A stretch of 39,435 nt of DNA, from the NCBI GenBank assembly GCA_009602735.1, contig WELA01000361.1:1-39435 (forward strand), written 5' to 3'. Below the pieces are notes generated by a model. It was not told the origin of the DNA. It ran no database searches and worked only from the letters and a program-made list of their open reading frames with translations. The DNA comes from Mesotaenium endlicherianum (Eukaryota). The stretch's first letter is position 1; each line of letters begins with the position of its first letter. The translations under genes and the position numbers were made by a program. This document shows, one piece after another, positions 23,548 through 34,201 of this stretch.

Positions 23548-24349
23548 AGGCTCGAGGCTGTAACTTTCAAGAGGCACAGCTGCATTCAATTGGCAAAATC
23601 AAGCTGCGAGGGAACAGCAGCTTAAGCCCCTATGATTTGAGGGACCAAAGGTGCATGAGTTTACGGAAGTGCATTTAAATTATCTGAGGTCTTAACGGTT
23701 GGCTAAGGTTAACACTCGAAAGCTAACAGCTGTCAATTGCAGTTTACTTCGTCATGTATGAAAGCAGATGGCGTTAGTAGATGAAGCGACAGCTTCTCCC
23801 TTATATTAGAGAGGAAAAGAGAAGTGATGCTAATGAGAGGCAAAAGTTCACAAAAGTACGCTCTCGAAATGACCAATCAAGATGAGTTTTGACACTGAAG
23901 CTGTTCTGCTTTTTACTAACAGCAGGAATTTAGAACACTCGCGGTTAGAAAAGCCAATTGCGTGATTGACCGGAATTTTCAGCTACGTGACCTGGGGCGA
24001 TCGTACTCTTTTTCGCAGAACATTTTACTTAACGTTAAAGACCGATGTTGAAATACCAGCAGTTTGTAATTTAAAAACACAAAATTAGACTAAGTTCTAT
24101 TCCTTATTTTATTTCAATCAATAATTCGATTTAGCGGGTCCTTGTTTGGGTCACCGTCCTGCTAATTGAAAGGGACACGACACGAGTAGCATGGTACAGG
24201 GTGCAGGGTTTGGATAGAAGACGCTCATCAATTTAAAAATATTCTTGTGCATTCATGATCTCTGATGTGCTTAAAGTGAAGCATCATCATTTGTAGCAAG
24301 TTCATCATTGTTAAGTGCAGAAGAAGTGAGGAAGAAGCTATCAGGAAAC
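23548..24349. promoter_or_regulatory. Probable bidirectional promoter region between TMEM161 and CLPP6
   Basis: About 800 bp AT-rich interval between divergent predicted start codons. Confidence 0.45.
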
Positions 24350-27300
24350 ATGGCAACAGCGGCGTGTGAGCTGCTTGCCGTCAGAGCATCGTTGACCTCC
24401 TGGAGGCATGATGCACATGTTGCTTCTTCTCATCATAAAGCTAGACCTTCGGCATGTCTAGTGACGAGGTGCGTTACCCGAGCATACAACCATATTCACA
24501 GACAAGCGCTTGCTTTCCACCACCTTTTCATTGAACTAACGTACTTAACCTCTTGTGGAGGAGCTATCTTGAAAAGCTCTTGCTCGAAGTATAGTTGAAT
24601 TAGTAGGTCCAGAAGCACACTTAGCGGGGAGGTTTGGTGGGCTGTTGATTGCTACGGCTACAACTCCTTGTGAAAAGTGGCAGTTTCTCTCAGATCAGGA
24701 TGCAGCACATTCAAGTCTAGAAAGCACTATAAAGTGCTCATGTCCAACCTTGTAGTACTTTGGAGCTTACCAATCCGTTAGCTGGGGTGTTCCAGAATTC
24801 GGGGAGAACTTGATGCAATGAAGCTTCAGCCTGCGAGTGGCTATAATAACTATGATATTGGTTCTCTTATTGTCTATATTTATGGTTATATTTAAGTATC
24901 TGCTTCGCAACTCTCAGCTTTGTCTATAAAGGCTCGTGATTATGCTCAAGCCCCATAGAATGCTTCTCCATCCCTTCGGATATAAGCATCGGCATGGGCA
25001 TCCAGTTCACACTCGAAAGCCTCTGCTTCCTTGCTGCAGGCAATCAGCTAGGTGTCAACCCCTCCTCGCGAGCTGCTCGTCATATGCCGGGCAGCCCCTA
25101 TTAGCACAACGGCCAGTCGAAAGACGACACATCGCATCGAACAGGTATGCTGCACGAGCAAGAAGAAGAAGTAGGGAGGTGGGTAAATGAATGGGTTGCA
25201 GGACAGTGGTGGTGGTTGGGAGAGGAGGCGGGAGCGGTGTGGGGGGGNCTCAAGCAAGTCCTTACTTGTATCTCTCTCTCTCTCCTCTCTCTTTCTCTCT
25301 CTCCCCCTTTTGCACTCTTTCTTTTTTAGACTTCATCTTCAACTCAAGCCCAAGAACATTCTTCCCTGCTCAGGAGGCTTAAACCCTCTGGGTAGACCTA
25401 CATGCCCACCCTTACCCTGTCATGAAAATCATGAACCTCTGAGCTCTTCCTCCTCGCCACCTGCCATCCTCTCCTCTTTCCGTTGCCATGTCATGCGAGC
25501 GTGAAAGAATCTGGCGAGTGTGGCAACTAAACTGGTCAAGAGCATGACAGCTGTACATTTCGCTATGCGCATTGCCAGTGGTTTGTAAGCTCCAGGCAGA
25601 GGGACAAGGGCGGTTCCAGGAGAGTCTCAGGTGGGTTTTAGGCGAATTTCAGGTACGCTCAGGTGGGTGAAAAGGGGGGGGCGGGNNNNNNNNNNNNNNN
25701 NNNNNNNNNNNNNNNNNNNNNNNNNNNNNNGGGGGGGAAGGGGGGGGGAGGGGCGGGAGTAGCTCGCGATGTTGACTTGACATGTCAAACAATTTGTAGC
25801 ATGGCCTGTCATTATTTGGAGGTCCCGTCATCAGCTGGAGGGCATGTCTTTTTCGTGGAGTGCCCGTCATCAGCTGGAGGGCCTGTCATTATCTGGAGGG
25901 CTTGTCGTTAGCTGGAGGGTCTGTAGTCGAGCATAATCGTTGAGGTTTACTTTGACTGTCCGAGCAGCAAGACCGTGCGGATTCAAATAAGGAGCCCATG
26001 CCCGTACTCGAGGGTCTCTGGGCTTTCTAAGCAGCAATGCCTCATATGGATCCAGACGGGGAGTTCACGCGTGTATCCGAGGACCTCTCGACTCTCTAAG
26101 CAGCGGCATGGTTCAGGTCCAAGTAAAGAGCCCTGAAGGAGAAGGAGCCAGGGAGGCCAGTTGTGGAGGTGGGGGNCTCAAAGCTTGTAGAGTCTGGCAG
26201 TCCCTTGTGTGGAGGTCCAGATAAGGAGCCCTGGTGACGAAGGAGCCAGGGAGCCAGTTGGGGAGGCCGGTCGCGCGGGGGGGGGCGGAGGGGGCTGGGC
26301 TGGCTCTGCCGTGTGAGCCTGCGGTCAACTTTGCAGTTGGCGGTGCTTCCTAGGATACAGCTGGCTTTTGTGTGGAGTGTGGCTAGCTGTTGTCTGGGAG
26401 GCAGGCAGTACCAGCACCAGAAGAAGCGGGTGCCGGTGGCTGGCGCCAAAACGCAGGGGGGGAGTGGGCTGTATTGGCACCACTGGAAGAAGCATGTGTG
26501 GGTGGCTGGCGCAGCCAGAACAAGCGGGGCGCCTACGTTGTCAATCCACGCACGCGCACATGCATGCGAAGTACAGACACACACATGCAGACATGCATAT
26601 GCAGGCACACATGCATACAGGCACACACAGGGGCATGCCAGCACGCACCCGTGCGTGTGTGTGCGTGCGTGTGTGTGTCGTGTGTGTGTGTGTCTGTGTG
26701 TGTGTGTGTGCATCTTATCGCTAACATATATCGATGGGTGTAGTGGGATGCGCCTCCTGGCCATTTTGCTCCCTTTCGGGGGCAGTGGGCAGAGATCACT
26801 GATTGCTCCATCGCTGGGGCCCACAGCCGAGCGACGTGGGCAGTGAGAAGCGTGTGCTGGCACGCACTTGGCCGCAGCTCCTCTAGCGGGCTGGCCGGCC
26901 CGCGTGGCGGCCCGTGAAGCGTTGCTCGTACAGCTGGCAGCAGTGCTTCGCGGGAGAGTTTGTGCCACTGTGCACGTTATCGTTATGCTCTGTAATGTCC
27001 CTTCAGGCGTGAAGGATGCCTGCCTGATACTTGGATGATCAAGCACTCGTGGAACACGTGCATACGCACGCACACACTGTGTTGCAGAGAGAGGGGGAGG
27101 GAGGGGAAGGGGGGAGGGAGNGAGGGGAAGGGGGGAGGGAGGAGGGGGGAGGAGAAGGGGGAAGGGAGGAAAGGGAGGGGAGGCAGAGCTGAAATCATTC
27201 GACTGCTGAGAAGCCAAGGGGTCCTGTGAAGCAAGAGTGAACTGGCGATGGAGTGAAGCTAAGCTCGCACTCGTGAGGGTGCCGTGGCAACAAAGGGTAT

Positions 27301-30300
27301 CGTTAAACACAATGTTGCTAAACTGAGGGAAAAACGAGGAAAGCCGACCGAGCCTCAGGCTGACGTGGTCCTGTGCCGCCTGCTGACGCTGTCGAGCTCG
27401 TCTGCTTCTCGGCTTTGTCCATGCGTCAATCTCGTCTGCTTGTCTACTTTTCGTGTCTGCTCTTCTGCTTGCCAGGGCAGTCGCGCCAAGGGCAGCCAAG
27501 GGCAAGGCCCCTCCGGTGATGCCACTTGTCATGACGCCGGGGGGCCCCACGGACCTGGTGACGGCCTTCTTCCGGAACCGCATCATCTTCGTCGGATCGC
27601 AGATTAATGCGCAGGTGGCGCAGAGGGTCATCTCGCAGCTCATGACGCTCGCGGCCATCAGCGAGACGGAGGACATCAAGGTGGGGAGCCCAGCTCTCCT
27701 CCCTCCTCCGCGGGGCTCTGTGTGTCAGTGTGTGCGTGCTTGTGTGTGTGTCAGTGAGTGTGTTTGTGTGTCGGTGTGTGTGTCTGTCAGTGTGTGTGTG
27801 TGTGTCTCAGTGTGTGTCAGTGTGTGTGTGTGTGTGTGTATGTGTGGGCGCGCGCGCGTGTGTGTGAGTGTACGTGTGTGTGCTTGCTACGATGAAGAGC
27901 GCGGGTAGCTTTTTTCTTTTTTGAGCCGGACAAGCCATCTGCGCCTTTCTCTTACTTTCGTCGCATATTCCTTTGAGGTGTGGGGGGGGGGTGCACTTGC
28001 AGATGTACATAAACTGCCCAGGTGGCAGCACCTACTCCGTCCTTGCCATCTACGACTGCATGTCCTGGGTACGCATGCGCCTCCCGCTATTTACTCCCCC
28101 CCCCCCCTTCCTCCCCCCCCTCCTATTGTCGCTCCCCTTCTTCCCTGCTTGCCTGCCTGCCCTCCGCTGCCTGCCTGCTTGACTGACGCTTTACCATCAC
28201 CCCTGCAGCTCTCTTCCTTGATGATGCCCATGCTCTTGTGTCTGTAACTTGCTCCGCGTCACAAGCCCCTCCCCTACACACCCCCCCCNNNNNNNNNNNN
28301 NNNNNNNNNNNNNNNNNNNNNNNNNNNNNNNNNNNNNNNNNNNNNNNNNNNNNNNNNNNNNNNNNNNNNNNNNNNNNNNNNNNNNNNNNNNNNNNNNNNN
28401 NNNNNNNNNNNNNNNNNNNNNNNNNNNNNNNNNNNNNNNNNNNNNNNNNNNNNNNNNNNNNNNNNNNNNNNNNNNNNNNNNNNNNNNNNNNNNNNNNNNN
28501 NNNNNNNNNNNNNNNNNNNNNNNNNNNNNNNNNNNNNNNNNNNNNNNNNNNNNNNNNNNNNNNNNNNNNNNNNNNNNNNNNNNNNNNNNNNNNNNNNNNN
28601 NNNNNNNNNNNNNNNNNNNNNNNNNNNNNNNNNNNNNNNNNNNNNNNNNNNNNNNNNNNNNNNNNNNNNNNNNNNNNNNNNNNNNNNNNNNNNNNNNNNN
28701 NNNNNNNNNNNNNNNNNNNNNNNNNNNNNNNNNNNNNNNNNNNNNNNNNNNNNNNNNNNNNNNNNNNNNNNNNNNNNNNNNNNNNNNNNNNNNNNNNNNN
28801 NNNNNNNNNNNNNNNNNNNNNNNNNNNNNNNNNNNNNNNNNNNNNNNNNNNNNNNNNNNNNNNNNNNNNNNNNNNNNNNNNNNNNNNNNNNNNNNNNNNN
28901 NNNNNNNNNNNNNNNNNNNNNNNNNNNNNNNNNNNNNNNNNNNNNNNNNNNNNNNNNNNNNNNNNNNNNNNNNNNNNNNNNNNNNNNNNNNNNNNNNNNN
29001 NNNNNNNNNNNNNNNNNNNNNNNNNNNNNNNNNNNNNNNNNNNNNNNNNNNNNNNNNNNNNNNNNNNNNNNNNNNNNNNNNNNNNNNNNNNNNNNNNNNN
29101 NNNNNNNNNNNNNNNNNNNNNNNNNNNNNNNNNNNNNNNNNNNNNNNNNNNNNNNNNNNNNNNNNNNNNNNNNNNNNNNNNNNNNNNNNNNNNNNNNNNN
29201 NNNNNNNNNNNNNNNNNNNNNNTCCAGGGCAGCTGTGCCCCCCCCCCCCTCCCTCTCCCCCCTCCCAGCATTTTTCAACCTCCTCGCACACTGGGAGCCA
29301 GAAACCCAAGAAGAACTCCTTAGGCGACATCAGCCCCGCCCCGGGGGAGCAGCGGGGCACACGGCCCCCTCGGCCGACGCTCGCAAAGCTCTTTGCGCCG
29401 GAAGCCAAGAATCACAGCCATCACGCAAACACAACTTCCAGCTCCATGCCTCAGGGCAGCTGCGGGGTGCGCAGCCCCCAGCTTCAGCCCCAAGCCCTAA
29501 GCCCAAAAAGATATAACAAAGATTGCGACATTGTCCTGGACACCGGCCCCAGGGTACCGTTGATAGGAGTCCCCAGCTTCAGCCCCGGCAACCTCCTTGC
29601 ACACCGAAGCAAGAAACCGAGTCAGAGTATGAGCCGGAAAGCACAGCATACGATAGCGACACCAGCCCCCAGGGGAGCAGCGGGGGGTGCCCCCCCCCCC
29701 CCCCAGCTTACTCTCGCAGCCTCCTTGCACCAGGAACTGAAAAGCACAGCAGAGATAGCGACTCCAACCTTAGGGCAGCAGCGGGGTGCGTGACCTTGCG
29801 CGCCTGCCCACCCCCTCTCTGCAAGCCCCCAGCCGCAACCCCCCCAGCCCCCGCCCCAACCGCAACCCCGATTCCAAAACCCCCGCGTGCGCCAGAACCC
29901 CGGGGGCTGAATGACGACGTGGCAGCGCTGTGGCACCAGCACCCTCGGCCTCCTTGCAGAGCGAGTGCTGTTGCTCTTGTGTGTGCGAGCGGTTGGCCGG
30001 GATGTGTGTGAGTGCCCAAGTGGCGGGAAGAGAAAGGAACCGCAGAGGTCCAAGTGGAATAGATAGATCTGTAGGGGGCGTCTGATGCAGGTGACGAGTA
30101 GGATGCTCCCGATAGCGCGCTGGTATGTGTGGTAGCGGCTCCGTCAGCCAGCACGTACCCGTGTCAGTACATCTGGAGCCGCCGGGATCCGTTCGATGTG
30201 AGACATCTGCAAACACTAGCAGCGAGCACACGCTAGAGCAGCGCAGCATCGTCGTCAGCATCAGTAGAAGGTGCAGCAGCAGCAGCAGCAGCACCACCAT

Positions 30301-32588
30301 CTGCGCGAGCATTGGCAGCAGCAGTAGCATGAGCAGCAGCAGCAGCAGCAGTAGCATGAGCGGCAGCAGCGGCAGCAGCAGCTGCTGCATGGGCCGCCGT
30401 CGCGGCCGCAGAATGAGCACTCTTTGTCTCACTCCCACGCTCGTGCGTTGCTGACTTGCCTCCTGCGTGGGCTCGGGTGGGGTGGGGATTCGACTTGGCG
30501 CGTCTGTGGGAGCAGGGGAACAGCGAGGACGTGAGGCGGCAGGTCAGCGAGGTTGTGGCATCGCGAAGTGTAAGCGTTTCTCAATCCCCCTCTCCCGCCC
30601 CGGCCCACCGAACCAGTATGCCCACTCAACTCACTCGTAGGTCAGCACTTGCCCGGAACCAGTTACAGGCTTTGGAATCGGAGACTTTATCGAAGCTCAA
30701 ACTTGGAAAAGCCTAACCTCAGCGCTGAATCCATTTGTTCGGCCCTCCCGTCGTCTTCTTCACGCTGACACGCATTGTGGCTCGACAAAGGTAGATTTTC
30801 GTTTCTGAGTTCCTTCGTCCCGTGCTACGTCTGAGGAATGAGGCGGGGGATGTGTGTGAGTGCGGTGCGGCCTGCGGAAAACGGCCTGCCAGCTGTCCCC
30901 TCCCCCCGCCTCGCCACGCGGAAGCCACCCGCGGCGGCCTGCATCTGGACCAGGGGGAAGGCTGTCTCAATTTTAACGCCAGCAGCTGCGATTGCCAGGC
31001 TTGGGCTCGCACGCAACTAGGACCTAAGGATGGATTTTGGAGTTCAGCTCGGGAACGACACGTCGACGCAGAGGCAAGGGGCTGGGTTCTAGGGGCGTGT
31101 TTTAGGGTCTCGGTTTAGATCCGGGTGTCTACAGTTGAACGCTCAGGACTAAGGCCCAGGTGGCAGGGTTGGAGGTGTGTGGGTCTGTTTGGGCCTTGTT
31201 GACCACTCACGACGAGGACCAAAGCTTCTGGGCTCCCTCGACGTGCGCTTCTCATTCCTGTCCCCCCGCACTCCTGCAAGTACTACGCACGCGTGGCGCT
31301 CCTCGCGTCTACTGACACATCATTCTTCCTTGTCTGTGTGCTCTCCTGGCTCCCCGCCCCCCTTCCTTCTCCCCCCCTCCCCCCTCTTCTTCTCTCGCCC
31401 CCTTCTCTCTCCCTCCCTCTCCTTACCCTCCCTCCTCCCCCCGGNCCCGGCCCCGGCACTCTTGCTCTCCTCTCTCCTCCTCGTCGCCACCCGCGCCCTC
31501 CGAGGTCTGCAGAAGATTGACCAGATGTTTGCCGCGTTCACGGGGCAACCCCTGGAGAGGGTCAGGCTCTTCACCGAGCGCGACCGCTTTTTCTCCTCTT
31601 CCGAGGTGCACACCTGCCACTCTTGCGCTCCCTGCAGCCCTCCCTGTCAGGACATGTGTTGGGGTGAGAATTGTCGGTGTACCTCCCCCGAGGTGTGCCA
31701 GCCCCTCTTATATCTCTTGCAGTCCTTCCTGTCATCGTCTGACGCTTAGCTTGGTATTGGTGCGCCGCCCGGCCGCCCGTCTGGTGCTCAGCAATATGGA
31801 GAGGCCATCTGCCGCCCCGAGAGAGAGAGAGAGAGAGAGAGAGATGNNNNNNNNNNNNNNNNNNNNNNNNNNNNNNNNNNNNNNNNNNNNNNNNNGGGGG
31901 GGGGGGGGGGGGGCGGAGAGAGGGAGTGCACTCAATAATATTTCCTCGGGGTGCTTGGGCTCCAAAGATCCCTTCATTAACCCGCGTTTATTGTGTCAAG
32001 CCCTTCCTCTTAATGCCCCCCCAGTAAAGATGACACACGGGAAAATTTGGAGCCTGTTCCACCTATGCCCCCTGTGCCACTTGTCCCACCTGTGCCACGT
32101 GTGCCACGTGTGCCCTGTGGAGCACATTGCTCTGCTCCGGCTTCCCCTTGACATGCTCTGGCGTGCGCGTAATGCGCTTGAGCGCGTGCAATCCTTGAAC
32201 CGGAGTCCTGGTCCTACTCATGTCAGTGTCTCTGCTATTCCCCTCCTGGAGGCAAGCAGGAAGGGTAGCTTGCCTGCCTCAGTGCGATCGTTCGTTCCCC
32301 CTTTTTCCTCTGAATTTTTGCGCCCCTCTCACGGCTCAACTGCCTCGCCTCCAATCCAAATTTGTCAGAGCTTGGTAGTGTTTACCCGGAGCCTTGGCCA
32401 GGCGTAACCTGTGTTTGCTCCTCACCCGTTCCGCTGGGTTCAGCTACGCGCCTCGTCACATGCAGCTAAATAATCTCCGCATGCATTTTCTCCAGTGACG
32501 CCTCTCATGTTTCAGTCGTGCCTTCTCGAGTGGTGCGCAGGCAGTGGAGTTTGGCCTTGTGGATGAAGTCATCGAGACAGCGTACTAG
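24350..32588 (+). CDS. CLPP6: Plastid Clp protease proteolytic subunit ClpP6; exons 24350-24468, 25040-25144 (transit peptide, less certain), 27476-27680, 28003-28068, [missing, probably in gap 28289-29222], 30516-30569, 31513-31605, 32541-32588
   Basis: Peptides [113 protein letters not shown] and [15 protein letters not shown] closely follow plant ClpP6. Splice sites are GT-AG and phases agree. Confidence 0.92.
25805..25924. repeat. ~19-bp minisatellite (CCYGTCATYAGCTGGAGGG-like, about 6 copies) in a ClpP6 intron
   Basis: Recurring gtcatcagctggaggg / gtcattatctggaggg units. Confidence 0.8.
27720..27882. repeat. Compound (GT)n microsatellite in a ClpP6 intron; similar tracts at 11790-11830, 18419-18439, 26651-26710
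   Basis: Visible TG/CA dinucleotide runs. Confidence 0.9.
28289..29222. other. Assembly gap (934 N); other gaps at 1951-1977, 10963-11151, 25686-25730, 31847-31895 and several single Ns
   Basis: N runs, mostly flanked by poly-C/poly-G or simple repeats. Confidence 0.99.
30273..30390. repeat. (AGC)n trinucleotide microsatellite in a ClpP6 intron
   Basis: Visible AGC runs; source of the spurious poly-Ser and poly-Leu ORFs here. Confidence 0.85.
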
Positions 32589-33427
32589 TGTGCACGAGTC
32601 AGCTGCCGCCTCTCTTTCCTCGATTGACACATCTTACAGTTATCCACTCTTGTAATCATTATTACGTCTAGACTTTGCAAGAATTGTCTACGTCTTTTTG
32701 GATGCTCTGCACAAAGGTTTTGAAGCCAAAGATATGTTGAATCTGGATTTGCGTGAACGCGTGATTATTGAGTTGGATGCCGCAGTGGCGTTCATGAGCT
32801 CTCTCTGTGCATGTGTTCTTTTGTTCGTGGATCAGGCACAACAAATAAGACAAAGTTTTCATGCTTTTCTTTTGTGATTGTCTTTTGTGCCAAATACGAT
32901 GCGCTCAAGCAATCCAGGATGACAAGAAAGTTTTTTCTATCGGAATTCAGGAATGTCTGTTTCACCAAAAGTGAAGTATATGTCTGTTGTTTTAAAAGTG
33001 CACGTTGCCTTACACGACGTGTTCAAGAAAGCCTAGGGAGCTTGAAGAGTAACATTTTTATTTTTCTGTAGTAGATTGGTTGTAATCAATTCGCGCCATA
33101 AGTGCCGTTGTACAATGTGCTGATAAGTTAAGATTCTCAACATCCATCAACGTCAAAGGCCGTCAAAGTCTTACTAGTAGGATGTGGATGTCAACTGCTC
33201 TAAGGAGCGGAGGAGATCATGGGGTGCTAATTAGCTCTTTGAATCTGAAGGGGTGCTTGGCGATATATTATATGCAACTACGGTCGGCAAATTTTTCCAA
33301 TAATTATCTGTTTTGGCCGAATAAGTCAAATTTTCCCAATTCTGGTGGCTTTTATCAAAAGGTACGCTTACCCTTAGGGCAAGTAGATTTATATGGGCAT
33401 CCTGCGATATTTCCGGCCATATATGTT

Positions 33428-33581
33428 GCGCGAAAATGTGACGACATATTGACACCTTCTTCAAAGATCGTTGCGCCAAAAAAAACATTTTTTCGCATTG
33501 GCCTGCGGAAAATTCTTTAACGGCGCAAGAAATCAACGAGGCAACGATCTCGGCGAACCGACTTGCAAGTTTGGCGGGAAA
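33428..33581. promoter_or_regulatory. Cluster of E2F-consensus octamers upstream of the TBL gene
   Basis: Minus strand TTTCGCGC (33428-33435) and TTTGGCGC (33473-33480), plus overlapping TTTGGCGG / TTTCCCGC in TTTGGCGGGAAA (33570-33581). Motif match only. Confidence 0.35.
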
Positions 33582-34201
33582 ATGTTTATATTACGGGTAA
33601 AGTCGCGAAAGTTAGCACCCCACGGAGGAGATCCATGCTGGCAAGTGTTGGCAATGATCGAAATGATCGCGACAGTGAGGGACGTTGACTTATCTGTGCC
33701 CGGCCAGGCCCGGCCAGCGCGAGCCATTGTTCCAACGTCACATCGTGTTTCAGTCGTGTTTGACCTCCATACATGTCCAGGTGCAACGACTTGCATTATT
33801 CAGCGTTAAGCAGCGTTGAGCTTTGAATTTGAAAGCTACACTTCTCTGAAGGGCGGTTCGTTCTGACGCCAATGCCTAAGAACAGCCCAAGAAGAACAGC
33901 TCGTTTCAAAAGTAAGACAACAGAAGGAAGACAACATCCAAACTGATCCAGTTTTAACGGGTTTTATAGCGCGACAGAACCGAGTATACTTGGAGCCATA
34001 AGGGCATCGCAGTATGTCATCGGTCAAAGCATAGAGCTCGCTGCCGATCGGCTGTGAACGACGTATCTAGTGAATTAAAAGAAACGTCGCTCTCAAGGTC
34101 ATAGCGTGAGGTAATAGATCATTGACATAAATACACTCACGAGGATTTATCGTCTTCGCGGTGTTGTGGTTTACCATGTAGATTGGCTTTGACTTTATTA
34201 A

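Noticed and set aside
26096..27679. 527-aa minus-strand ORF
   Set aside because: Antisense to a ClpP6 exon and intron, crosses Ns and microsatellites, and has no domain signal.
28123..29793. ORFs of 330-510 aa
   Set aside because: Mostly translated Ns from the assembly gap.
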